Assembly (NCBI GenBank): GCA_005191425.1
Contig: SUPR01000017.1
Location: 11,592-43,591 of the forward strand
Length of the DNA: 32,000 bases
Source of the DNA: Candidatus Helarchaeota ASGARD archaeon Hel_GB_B
Lineage (GTDB): Archaea; Asgardarchaeota; Lokiarchaeia; Helarchaeales; HEL-GB-B
Direction of reading: 5' to 3'
Shown: positions 9,053 to 18,338 of the stretch, one piece after another
How positions within the stretch are numbered: the first letter of the stretch is position 1
Layout of the letters: each line of letters starts with the position of its first letter
The notes under the pieces: model-generated
The model's input: only the letters and a program-made list of their open reading frames with translations
What the model was told of the DNA's origin: nothing
Database searches by the model: none
Translations under genes and position numbers: made by a program

Positions 9053-10246
9053 ATGGATGATGTTAAACTTATTGAGGTTATTGCTGAAATTGGTTCAAAA
9101 AATAAGTCTGAACCCTATATTAAGGATGTTGAGATTTTTAGACATTTTTTTGACAAAGATTTTAATTTAATTACTAATGAATTAAACAGCCTAGATGGTA
9201 ATTGTACAAGGAGGGAACTTATAACAAGATTTTTACTGTTAAACGCGGTGCTTGATCAAGGACCTGATACTGAAGGTGTTAGACAACTTCTTTGTGATAC
9301 AATAAATTATTTATATAGGCATGAAATTCGCATATTACATACACCATTAGATTTTTTTAAAGAACTTGGAATTATAATAACAGAAATCGATAATGTACAC
9401 GACATCGTTAAAAAACTAAGAGCAAAAAAATGGGCTAGAAATAACAATAGTACGGCTTTAAAATATAATTTATTTATGGATAATACAACCCAAACATTGA
9501 ATTATGCTGTATTTCGCTGGGGAGTTCCATTATCTGTTCCATTGATTTTAGAAAATGATTATAAAAGTAAGGATGATGATATAAATCCTGAACTTTTATT
9601 AGATTATTTAGAAGATGATAATGATGCCGAATGGCCCTCATCAGCAGAGATAATGTCAAAAAAAATCAAACAACACAAGCGTTATGGCTTAGGTAAGGCA
9701 ATTGGGGATAAAGCTGCCCATTTATTCGCAAAATGGATAGTACATACTTTTAATTTAACTCGTAAGAGAGATATAACTTGGGGAAAATATTCGTTTGAAG
9801 TTCCTTTCGATAGCAATGCAGGAAGAGTTCTCTTTAGAACGGGATATTTACTTAATTGGGCTGATATTGATGATTATAAGAAATCTAATGTAATACAGCC
9901 AAACCAAGGAAAAGGAGGAACAGATTATATACGAGTAACTAATATCAGGGGGATGAAAGCAACTAAAAACATTTCGACCATTGATCCTAATATCTATCGA
10001 GATCTTTGTGTTAAATATCTTTTAACGCATAGAAGAGCCCCTAAAAAATACGAGATTCAAAAAATACCAATTGCACAATTATTAAAAGAGAAAAAATATG
10101 GACCTGGGGATTTAGATGATGGATTAATGTATATTGGTACACATTTTTGTTTTAATATTGAAAATCCAAATTGTGATGATTGCCCAATTAATTCATATTG
10201 TAGTGGATTTAATGAAAATATATTAATTACTAAATATAGGACATGA
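9053..10246 (+). CDS. Enlarged HhH-GPD superfamily DNA glycosylase-like protein with C-terminal [4Fe-4S] motif
   Basis: LLNAVLDQ (N-terminal helix typical of HhH-GPD), KAIGDKAAHL (helix-hairpin-helix with Lys), VPFDSNAGRVLFRTG (catalytic Asp motif), and C-x7-C-x2-C-x5-C (CFNIENPNCDDCPINSYC; the EndoIII/MutY consensus is C-x6-C-x2-C-x5-C). Starts 18 nt after the MTase stop. Confidence 0.75.
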   Translation: MDDVKLIEVIAEIGSKNKSEPYIKDVEIFRHFFDKDFNLITNELNSLDGNCTRRELITRFLLLNAVLDQGPDTEGVRQLLCDTINYLYRHEIRILHTPLDFFKELGIIITEIDNVHDIVKKLRAKKWARNNNSTALKYNLFMDNTTQTLNYAVFRWGVPLSVPLILENDYKSKDDDINPELLLDYLEDDNDAEWPSSAEIMSKKIKQHKRYGLGKAIGDKAAHLFAKWIVHTFNLTRKRDITWGKYSFEVPFDSNAGRVLFRTGYLLNWADIDDYKKSNVIQPNQGKGGTDYIRVTNIRGMKATKNISTIDPNIYRDLCVKYLLTHRRAPKKYEIQKIPIAQLLKEKKYGPGDLDDGLMYIGTHFCFNIENPNCDDCPINSYCSGFNENILITKYRT

Positions 10247-10358
10247 TTTAATCATTAAGTTGAATTGAAAATTTTATTAGGGGTTATATGTTAATAAAAA
10301 GAATTTTTGGAATTCAGAACTAATTTTAATTATTTCTTCGTTTATTTCTTTTGATGTT

Positions 10359-10976
10359 TTAATACATACTATTAATATATTCGTATTATAAATGTTATTT
10401 AAAAAATCTTCAACTTGTAATTTTACAGTAGTTCTTTCTGGTAAAGACTATACATCATCGTGATAGGAATGGTGGTACACATAACTTAATAATTCTTTAA
10501 ATAATTTTTCTAATTTTCTTTTATTTAGAAGTGAAGAATTTTTTATTTTATTGAAAAATCTAGAACCTAAATCCTTTATGTCGCTTAAATTTTTGCAAAC
10601 TTCAAGTTTAGATTTAATACTTAGTATTGAAATGCTTTGTGTTAATATAAGATGCTTAACACATGCTATTAATTATTAATCATAATTCCCGAAACACAGA
10701 TTGATAAGAACCGAATAAAATGCAAATTTTAATCCAATCAAAAATTTTTATATATTCAGTTAATCTTATGGATATCATTAAATCATTTTTTCTATCCTTT
10801 AGTTCGGGTCTTAGGAAATCAATGTGCTCCAAGATTCTCAAAGGAATAACATTCAGTTCTGCGATTTTTTCTTGTTGTTGAATTAAAGGTTCTCCAAATT
10901 TTTCAGCATAGGGATCAATTACATTGATAATTTCATCTAAAAATCTTTCATCTATATTTTTTATGTTTAGTTCCTC
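10359..10976 (-). pseudogene. Decayed gene for a helical hypothetical protein
   Basis: Long protein-like frames broken by stops and a frameshift: EELNIKNIDERFLDEII...ICILFGSYQSVFREL*LIINSMC* then LSIKSKLEVCKNL...LFKELLSYVYHHSYHDDV*SLPERTTV...; no start codon found. Confidence 0.45.
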
Positions 10977-11336
10977 TTAAAATTAATTTATAATGATTTT
11001 GAAGAATTTCATCTCATTTTTTTTAATAGTTATTTGATTTGTAAATACCAATAAATTTTTTACCAATTTTTGTATATTAAATTACTAGTCCAATTTATAA
11101 TTTGAGAATTTTTCATTTTTTTGGACAATTAAAAAATTTTTCCAACCACCCGCCTTTTTTATGAGATGATATTCAATACTTTTTGGTTCTAAAAGATCTT
11201 CTGAAAATATTTTTTATGTGTAGATACCATTTTCATAAGTTGTAATTTTTCCTATTTTTAACATCTTTTTCCTCATTTTCTTTTTATGTTTTTATTTTAT
11301 GAGTCTATCTATCATTAATTTAAATGAAAAAGATCA

Positions 11337-11550
11337 TTATAGAAAAAAAATGATATCTAAGTATTCAAAATCATCGCGATTTATTATTATGTCTTTAAAT
11401 AACATTTCATAATCCAATGAGATAGGTTTAAGAATCGCATTATTACTTGGATCCGTCTTCATTATCCTACTTTCCCAGTGTAATATGGCGGGATCTTCTT
11501 TAATTTCTCCTTCTTCTGGTATTATCTCACCTTTTACTTTACATTTTTTT
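11337..11550 (-). pseudogene. Gene fragment, unknown family
   Basis: Open frame without a start: KNVKVKGEIIPEEGEIKEDPAILHWESRIMKTDPSNNAILKPISLDYEMLFKDIIINRDDFEYLDIIFFL*. Confidence 0.3.
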
Positions 11551-11936
11551 AAGTTTTTAGACCAATATTATTACAGATTTAATCCTTGTTTTCATAACAT
11601 TAATCATATCTTTTTTAAAACTATTTGATTCAAAAATTTTTTCAAACAGATAGGATCTTGGTAAATTGAAAAAATTCGTTGGAGAATATTCTATTTTTAT
11701 ATATCCTTTTTAATTATCTTGTCGTACAAAGCAATCCCTCATGAAATCATTAAAGAAATGATTGCAATTAAATCTGACATTAAATTACCCAAAAAGATAT
11801 GTGGATTTGACAAATTTAGTAAAATGAGAGTCAAAAAAGTAAGAATTATTGAAATAAGAAAAATTGGTGTGAAAATAATCAAAAATATCTTTTTTATTTA
11901 AATTAATTACCTTTTTAATTCAATAAATATATAGAT

Positions 11937-12320
11937 TTACACATCTTCAGATAATTCTTCATTTCTTAAGATCGTATCTTTTATTGAATCATTTGCAAGT
12001 GTTAGAATTGTTTTATAGAATTCATAAGCTGGAGTTCTCGGTGTAATATTCTCTAAAACTTTTTTTGATTCATCACGAAGATATTCATCTTGAGGCAATA
12101 TTTGACCTACGATTCCGGATTTCGTCATATTTCTAATAATATTTAATAAACTATTTTTAATCTCTTCATAACATTTAAAGTCAATGGAATATGCTTTACT
12201 TAATAATTTTGATATGAAATCTGTTTTAGAAAAAATTAGTTGAGGTGGTGCGTTATGAAGTAATAAACCGATACAACTTAATTTTTGCAAATCATCTGAA
12301 TCAATCCACTCATTGTCCAT
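11937..12320 (-). pseudogene. Probable C-terminal fragment of a larger protein, abutting the IS110 3' end
   Basis: 127-aa helical ORF starting 12 nt after the IS110 transposase stop, with no room for its own promoter; a neighbouring frame reads KEENIELILRW just upstream, suggesting a frameshifted continuation. Confidence 0.4.
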
Positions 12321-12332
12321 CTTAAAATTAAT

Positions 12333-13505
12333 TCAATATTCTCTTCTTTTTAACATATACCAAATTATTGTTAGTAATTTTCTCGCACCTGCACATATTG
12401 CTTTCCAATAATTATCGGTTCACTCTTTTATCTTCAACACATATCTTTTTATTGGATTTTTTTCCTTTTGCATATATGTTCTTACATATTAAAACAACTG
12501 CTCTTCTTAGATATTTATTTCCACCCTTCTGAATTTTTCCTGTTATATGTTTTTTATGCCAGGACTGATAGACCTTTAGTGCAAGTCCAGCCCATTTGAC
12601 CAATTTTCTTGGACTCTGAAAATATGTGATGTCTGTTATTTCAGCCATAATAACCACGGATATATTTGGTTCCACTCTAAGAATTGTTAATAGAAGCTCT
12701 ATTTGCTTTTTGAATTGTTTATTATTCTTTGCTATTACATAATAAGTTGATTCTTGCTTTTTCTCTATTATACTTAAAAATTAGAGCTGTATTGTATCAT
12801 TTTAAAAAGTTACAGATTCGATTTCATCGAACTTATCTTGAAAATTTTTAAATTCCTTTATTTGAGTTTCGTCCTTTACTAAGTATGAATAGTTTCCTTT
12901 AATAACACTTAAACTTTTATCATCAACCGCCCTTATTGATGCTAAACTTAATAATTCCAAGCCTTGCTTGGAATTCAACAATTTCTTATATTTAAAATCT
13001 TTTTGGTGGAATATTTGGTTTACCCTCTGTTTTATCTTTGTTTTTTCATTTATAATTTTGTACCTATACCTAACTGCTTTCCTTAAATTGAATAATTCAA
13101 CAAGAGGGATTAACGATGGCTTCAATCTACTATCTCTATGCGCCACGGCGATCCTCCTTGCATCAAATTTGTTAGTTTTTTTACCCTGTGTTGTTTTTGT
13201 CTGTTGCGGATTTGCTACTAATATGTCAATCCCATTATTTACCATTTCAAATACTAGTTTGAAATGATATTGTGCTGTTGATTCCACAGCAACACTTATC
13301 ACCTTATATCTTCTTATTATTTTAATTAAACGATTAATTCCAACATAGTTATTTAACAATTCATCTTTTCTTTTAATATTTTATCTTCGTCCACTATGCA
13401 ATATGCCATTATATCCCTATGCACGTCAATACCCATTACCGCTCCTTTTTTTCTTTTTCCTTCACCCTCTTCCAATTCCAAAAAATTTTTATTTTTGTTT
13501 CTCAT
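12333..13505 (-). pseudogene. IS110-family transposase/recombinase pseudogene
   Basis: ATG 13505 gives MRNK...VMGIDVHRD (DEDD D1), then VAVESTAQYH (E), NPQQTK..GKKTNKFDARRIA (D-x-x-D with D to N), IMAEITDITYFQSPRKLVKWAGL..VYQS..ITGKIQKGGNKYLRRA (Tnp domain), and KAICAGARKLLTIIWYMLK, TGA at 12335-12333. Several stops and frameshifts. Confidence 0.9.
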
Positions 13506-13507
13506 GA

Positions 13508-13714
13508 TTTATCACATCTTTTATTTGAAAATATGATGGGCTGCAAAACTTGGCATGGACGCCAATTTATATTAGGAGCTCTAAGCTCAATCGGACGATC
13601 CGGCTGCCAAGTTTTCATAGTTTATTTTAGAGGATATAGGCCAGCAGAAGCCCATTCCTAAATAAATTTCATGATAATTGCAGCCCATCACCTTTAATTT
13701 AAATTTGTGATAAA
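13508..13714 (-). ncRNA. Candidate IS110 bridge/seek-type structured RNA
   Basis: Nested inverted repeats: 13508-13516/13706-13714 (9 bp), 13534-13546/13678-13690 (13 bp perfect), 13545-13555/13605-13615 (11 bp), small hairpins at 13576-13588 and 13592-13602, and a long hairpin at 13621-13666. GC-rich compared with its flanks. Confidence 0.5.
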
Positions 13715-13743
13715 AAAAGATTTCTATTGGAAATGAATTTTTC

Positions 13744-16515
13744 CTAAAAATTTGTTATGTGTTTATTTTTTAACATATTACGAAGTACTGTCTGCAATAT
13801 TCCGCCATTTCTGTAGTATTTAACTTCCATTAAATTATCCAGTCTAATTTCGACTTTAAATTTTTTAATTTGTTTTTGATTTTTGTCTTTAATTATTATA
13901 TTTAATTCTTTATTTGGGCCTAAATCATTTAATCCTATAATATCATATAAATAATCTCCCTTAATCCCTAATGTATCAATATTCTCGCCACTTTTAAATT
14001 GCAATGGTAATACACCCATTCCTATTAAATTACTTCTATGAATTCGTTCAAAAGATTCTGCAATTACTGCTTTTATTCCTAATAACTGAGTCCCTTTAGC
14101 TGCCCAATCTCTCGAACTTCCAGTACCGTATTCTTTACCTGCAAAAATAATAGTTGGAATACCATTTTCTAAATACTTCATTGCTGCATTATAAATTGGC
14201 ATTTCTTCATTTGTAGGTAGATAAATGGTCCAGCCACCTTCTCTATTGGGTGTTAATTTATTTTTTAATCTGATATTGCTAAAAGTACCTCTTATCATAA
14301 CCTCATGATTACCGCGTCTAGACCCGAAAGAATTGAATGAATTTATATTTATGTTATGAGATATTAAATATTGGCCCGCAGGACTGTCTTTTGGAATTGA
14401 TCCCGCCGGCGATATATGGTCCGTCGTTATTGAATCCCCCAAGATAGCTAAACACCTTGCATTTTTTATATCCGATAATTTAGGCATTTCTATTGAAAAA
14501 TCTTTAAAAAAAGGCGGTTCAAGTATATAGGTCGAATTCTTATCCCATTTAAATAATTTTCCACCTTGAATTTCCAAGCTATTCCATTGTTCAGTTCCTT
14601 CAAAAATATTTGAATATTGTTTTTTAAAAATACTTGAATTAATATTTTTATCAATTAATTCCATAATTTCATCATTTGTAGGCCAAATTTCACTTAGATA
14701 GACTGGATCTCCATTTGGATCATAACCCAATGGCTCTTTTTTTAAATTTATTAAAATATTACCTGCAATTGCAAAAGCAATAACTAACATGGGTGATGCT
14801 AAATAACTTGCTTTTATTAATGGGTGTACTCTACCTTCAAAATTTCTATTTCCAGATATTATACTTACAGCAATTATATTTTTATTAAGTATTATTTTTT
14901 CTATTTCATTAAATAAATGACCACTATTTCCAATACATGTAGTACAACCATATCCAACAATATGAAATCCTAACCCCTCTAAATATGGTAAAAGTCCAGC
15001 TTTTTCTAAATAATCTTTTACAACTCTTGACCCTGGAGCTAAACTTGTTTTTATAAATGGTTTAACTTTTAGACCATGTTCAATAGCTTTTTTAGCTAGT
15101 AATCCCGCTCCTATTAAAACATTTGGATTTGATGTATTAGTGCATGAAGTAATAGCAGCTAAAACTATAGTACCATCAACAATTTCATCTATGAAATATA
15201 GCTCATTTCCAAATCCTTTTTGAATTTGCTTTTGATTAAATTTATTATCTTTAAAGTTTTTATTATGGTTATTTAAATTAATAGAACTACTCTTAGAATT
15301 ATTATAATTTTTTACTATTTCTTTAAATGCATCTTTTAATTTAATTAATGATACACGATCTTGAGGCCTTTTAGGGCCCGCTAAACTTGGTACAACATTT
15401 CCTAAATCAAATTCTATTATCTTACTATATACTACTCTATTATTATTATATTCTTTTAAAAAAAGTCCCTGCTCAATTGTATATTTCTTGACCAAATTAA
15501 CAAGTTCTTTATTCCTACCACTTAATTCTAAATATTCTAAAGTTTTTGTATCAATTGGAAAATATCCAATAGTAGCTCCATATTCTGGTGCCATATTTGA
15601 AATTGTAGCTCTATCGGGTAATGATAATTGTTTTAGTCCTGTGCCAAAAAATTCAATGAACTTTCCTACAACACCATATCTTCTAAGTAATTCTGTAATT
15701 GAAAGAACAATATCCGTAGCACAAACATCATCATCCAATTTTCCATATAATTTTACTCCAACCACATCTGGTAATGATAAATAATATGGTTGCCCAAGCA
15801 TAACCGCTTCTGCCTCAATTCCCCCCACACCCCACCCAACTATACCAAGTCCACCAATCATAGTCGTGTGTGAATCAGTCCCTAAAACCGTATCTGGATA
15901 GGCATATAATTCATCTCCAACTTTCTTCATTTGAATTACAGAAGCTAAATATTCTAAATTAATTTGATGAATTATACCTCTTCCGGGTGGAATTACTCGA
16001 AAATTATTAAAAGAATTTTGTGCCCATTTTAATAAACTATAACGTTCTTTATTTCTGGTAAATTCTTTTTTTTCATTTAATTCTCTTGATTTTTTAGTCC
16101 CAAAATAATTCACTTGAATTGAATGGTCTATTATCAAATCAGCTGGAATCACCGGATTAATCTCGGAAGGGTCTTTCCCAAGTCTATATAATGCAGATCT
16201 CATAGCAGCTAAATCCACTACAGCTGGCACACCTGTAAAATCTTGCAATATAACCCTAGCCGGTTTGAATGGAATTTCTTTCCTCTCTAAGTTATTAACT
16301 GTCCAATTAGCTATATTTTTTATATCTTGTACCTTAATAATCTGCCCATCAAACTGCCGTACGATAGATTCTAATAAAATTTTTATTGAAAAAGGTAATT
16401 GAGAAATCTTATCTAAACCATATTCTTTTAATTTATCAATTTTGAATATATTAAATTCTTTATTATCTATTTTAATCCGTTCTTTAACATTATTTGGGTC
16501 AAAATTTTCATTCAT
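13744..16515 (-). CDS. acnA: Aconitate hydratase A (AcnA/IRP1-like)
   Basis: RVILQDFTGVP, DLIIDHS, GIIHQINLE, GTDSHTTM, AAITSCTNTSNP, GYGCTTCIGNSG, SGNRNFEGR, DHISPAG and YGTGSSRDWAAKG; 923 aa. Confidence 0.97.
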   Translation of the reverse strand: MNENFDPNNVKERIKIDNKEFNIFKIDKLKEYGLDKISQLPFSIKILLESIVRQFDGQIIKVQDIKNIANWTVNNLERKEIPFKPARVILQDFTGVPAVVDLAAMRSALYRLGKDPSEINPVIPADLIIDHSIQVNYFGTKKSRELNEKKEFTRNKERYSLLKWAQNSFNNFRVIPPGRGIIHQINLEYLASVIQMKKVGDELYAYPDTVLGTDSHTTMIGGLGIVGWGVGGIEAEAVMLGQPYYLSLPDVVGVKLYGKLDDDVCATDIVLSITELLRRYGVVGKFIEFFGTGLKQLSLPDRATISNMAPEYGATIGYFPIDTKTLEYLELSGRNKELVNLVKKYTIEQGLFLKEYNNNRVVYSKIIEFDLGNVVPSLAGPKRPQDRVSLIKLKDAFKEIVKNYNNSKSSSINLNNHNKNFKDNKFNQKQIQKGFGNELYFIDEIVDGTIVLAAITSCTNTSNPNVLIGAGLLAKKAIEHGLKVKPFIKTSLAPGSRVVKDYLEKAGLLPYLEGLGFHIVGYGCTTCIGNSGHLFNEIEKIILNKNIIAVSIISGNRNFEGRVHPLIKASYLASPMLVIAFAIAGNILINLKKEPLGYDPNGDPVYLSEIWPTNDEIMELIDKNINSSIFKKQYSNIFEGTEQWNSLEIQGGKLFKWDKNSTYILEPPFFKDFSIEMPKLSDIKNARCLAILGDSITTDHISPAGSIPKDSPAGQYLISHNININSFNSFGSRRGNHEVMIRGTFSNIRLKNKLTPNREGGWTIYLPTNEEMPIYNAAMKYLENGIPTIIFAGKEYGTGSSRDWAAKGTQLLGIKAVIAESFERIHRSNLIGMGVLPLQFKSGENIDTLGIKGDYLYDIIGLNDLGPNKELNIIIKDKNQKQIKKFKVEIRLDNLMEVKYYRNGGILQTVLRNMLKNKHITNF

Positions 16516-16945
16516 ATTAATTAATTCAATTAAAATTAATTAAAAATTTTATTATTTCATATTTTTAGATATAGATAGAAATTAAATCATTTTTATTGCT
16601 TATATCTATCAATGATTTCTTTATTGAATTAAATGATTATTTTCATTAATTATTTTTTTCAATTCATCAATTTTTTTAATCTTAATTAATTTTAACTCAA
16701 TAAATATATACATGAAAAAATTTCCGGACTATATTATAATATTGACTATAATTTAGATAGTTCTCCTATTATCTAAGTTCAAAAATCCGAAATAATGAAC
16801 ATTTGTAGTTTTAAATTTCATATTTTTTGTTTCTACTTGATTTTTTAAAAAAATTTAAATTATACGTAATAATAAAAGCATAAATTAAAATTTCGGAATA
16901 AAATTTAAAAAAAAATTCATTTATTATCTTTTAATTCTATATTAA

Positions 16946-17911
16946 ATGAGCGTAAATTTCATGGTAAAAAAGGAAACAAAATTAGGCTTTTTTTATGCTG
17001 TATTATCAAATATATTTGGTGGACTACAACCAGTTATAGCAAATTTAAGACCGGCTAGTTTGGATTCTTTAATTTTCTCCGGGATGACAGCATTAATCCA
17101 AGTTTTAATATTTATTCCAATTTTCTTTTTAGAAAAAAGTATAAATAAGATAAATCGTAATATTAAAAGAAGTGCCATTAAAAATAATACCAAAAAACTT
17201 CATTTTGGAAATTCTAAATGGTATTTATTTGTTTTAATTGGATTTATGTTTTCCATTGTTATATTTTTATATTACACAGGATTACGATATGCAGGTTCTA
17301 TAAACGGGACACTTGCTCTTAAAAGTACTGCATTTTTTGGATTAATTTTTGGTTATTTAATATTAAAAGAAAATGTTTCAAAAATCCAAATATTTTTTTC
17401 TATTATTCTCTTTTTTGGTATAATAATTGCAATAACTCAAATGCAATTCTATTTATTAGAAATAAATTTTGGTGTTATCCTTATCTTAATTTGTTCTTCA
17501 ATATGGATGTTTGGACATACATGTAGTAAACCTTACTTGGAAAATAGAATTACTTTTTCATCAGAACTTGTAATGTGGAGAAATATATTTACTACTTTAA
17601 TTTTACTTTTATTTTATTTCTTTTATTATGGAATTGAAAAATTTTCAATAATTTTAGACCCCAATAATGTAATATTCTATGTATTAGGAGGAATACTTTA
17701 TGGTCTAAATGTTTTTTCATGGTATCAAATTATAAAATATCTGGATATTTCAATTGGTACTATTTTAATTACTCCTCAAATTATAATAACTGCTTTCTTT
17801 GCATCAATCCTTTTGGGAGAAATATTTACAATTTATCATTTGATTGGACTCATTATAATAATTACTTGTATTATTTTTATTAATTGGGATTCAAAAAAAA
17901 ATAATAAATAA
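16946..17911 (+). CDS. EamA/DMT family transporter
   Basis: About 10 hydrophobic segments in two repeats; LYYTGLRY-x-G, FGYLILKE and ASILLGE are DMT-like motifs. Confidence 0.85.
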   Translation: MSVNFMVKKETKLGFFYAVLSNIFGGLQPVIANLRPASLDSLIFSGMTALIQVLIFIPIFFLEKSINKINRNIKRSAIKNNTKKLHFGNSKWYLFVLIGFMFSIVIFLYYTGLRYAGSINGTLALKSTAFFGLIFGYLILKENVSKIQIFFSIILFFGIIIAITQMQFYLLEINFGVILILICSSIWMFGHTCSKPYLENRITFSSELVMWRNIFTTLILLLFYFFYYGIEKFSIILDPNNVIFYVLGGILYGLNVFSWYQIIKYLDISIGTILITPQIIITAFFASILLGEIFTIYHLIGLIIIITCIIFINWDSKKNNK

Positions 17912-18338
17912 TATAACTTGATTAATTTTAAGGCATGTTTGTCCTTATTTCTAAAATTAAATATTTGGCATAAATAAAATAATCGAGTAGAAAACATAAA
18001 CGAGAAAAATATTTAATTTTATGAAATAATTATAATCTAATAGTGGAAATATTTCATCATTTAGAATAAAATGATTATTATTTGGCTTTACAGAACTATT
18101 TTCTTGGATATAAAATTATACTCAAATTTATTCTAAAAATTAATCAAATCATGTATCTCACCAATTATTATACCATAGATAATAGAATTGAGAAATAATT
18201 AAACAAAAATTCTTAAAACAGAAACTTTAAAAATAAATCTATATAAAAATACCACAAAAATATGAATTTTAGATATTTTAAAAAATTTTAAATTATAAAT
18301 CCTTGTTTATAAAATTAAAGGAAATCTTGAAAATTTAG

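Larger units (their letters stand above)
12325..13720 (-). mobile_element. IS110-family insertion sequence, inactivated
   Basis: Transposase remnant 13505-12333 plus a structured non-coding segment of about 200 nt on its 5' side; exact ends not defined. Confidence 0.8.

Noticed and set aside
9474-9659. 61-aa minus-strand ORF inside the glycosylase, considered as an antisense regulator or antitoxin
   Set aside because: No motif or RBS; expected by chance opposite a real gene.
10441-10500. Plus-strand IHHRDRNGGTHNL, HNH-like
   Set aside because: Short frame bounded by stops with no start; it is the reverse of the minus-strand pseudogene.
11719-11901. 60-aa plus-strand ORF
   Set aside because: Low-complexity Lys/Ile-rich sequence, no motif, not supportable as a gene.
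13642-13649. Hairpin loop CAGCAGAA next to an IRP1-like aconitase, considered as an iron-responsive element
   Set aside because: Does not match CAGUGN and reads that way only on the strand opposite acnA.
12968-13661. Plus-strand ORFs of 99 and 80 aa
   Set aside because: Shadows of the IS110 transposase and its non-coding end.
15200-15320. Asn/Lys-rich segment in AcnA (NYNNSKSSSINLNNHNKNFKDNKFNQK)
   Set aside because: Falls in a region where AcnA proteins commonly carry variable insertions; explained by AT bias.
15488-15784. 98-aa plus-strand ORF
   Set aside because: Antisense shadow of acnA. The same applies to 16993-17193, 19163-19381, 21796-22113, 26774-27043, 29169-29507 and 30410-30646, and to the same-strand off-frame ORF 24927-25190.
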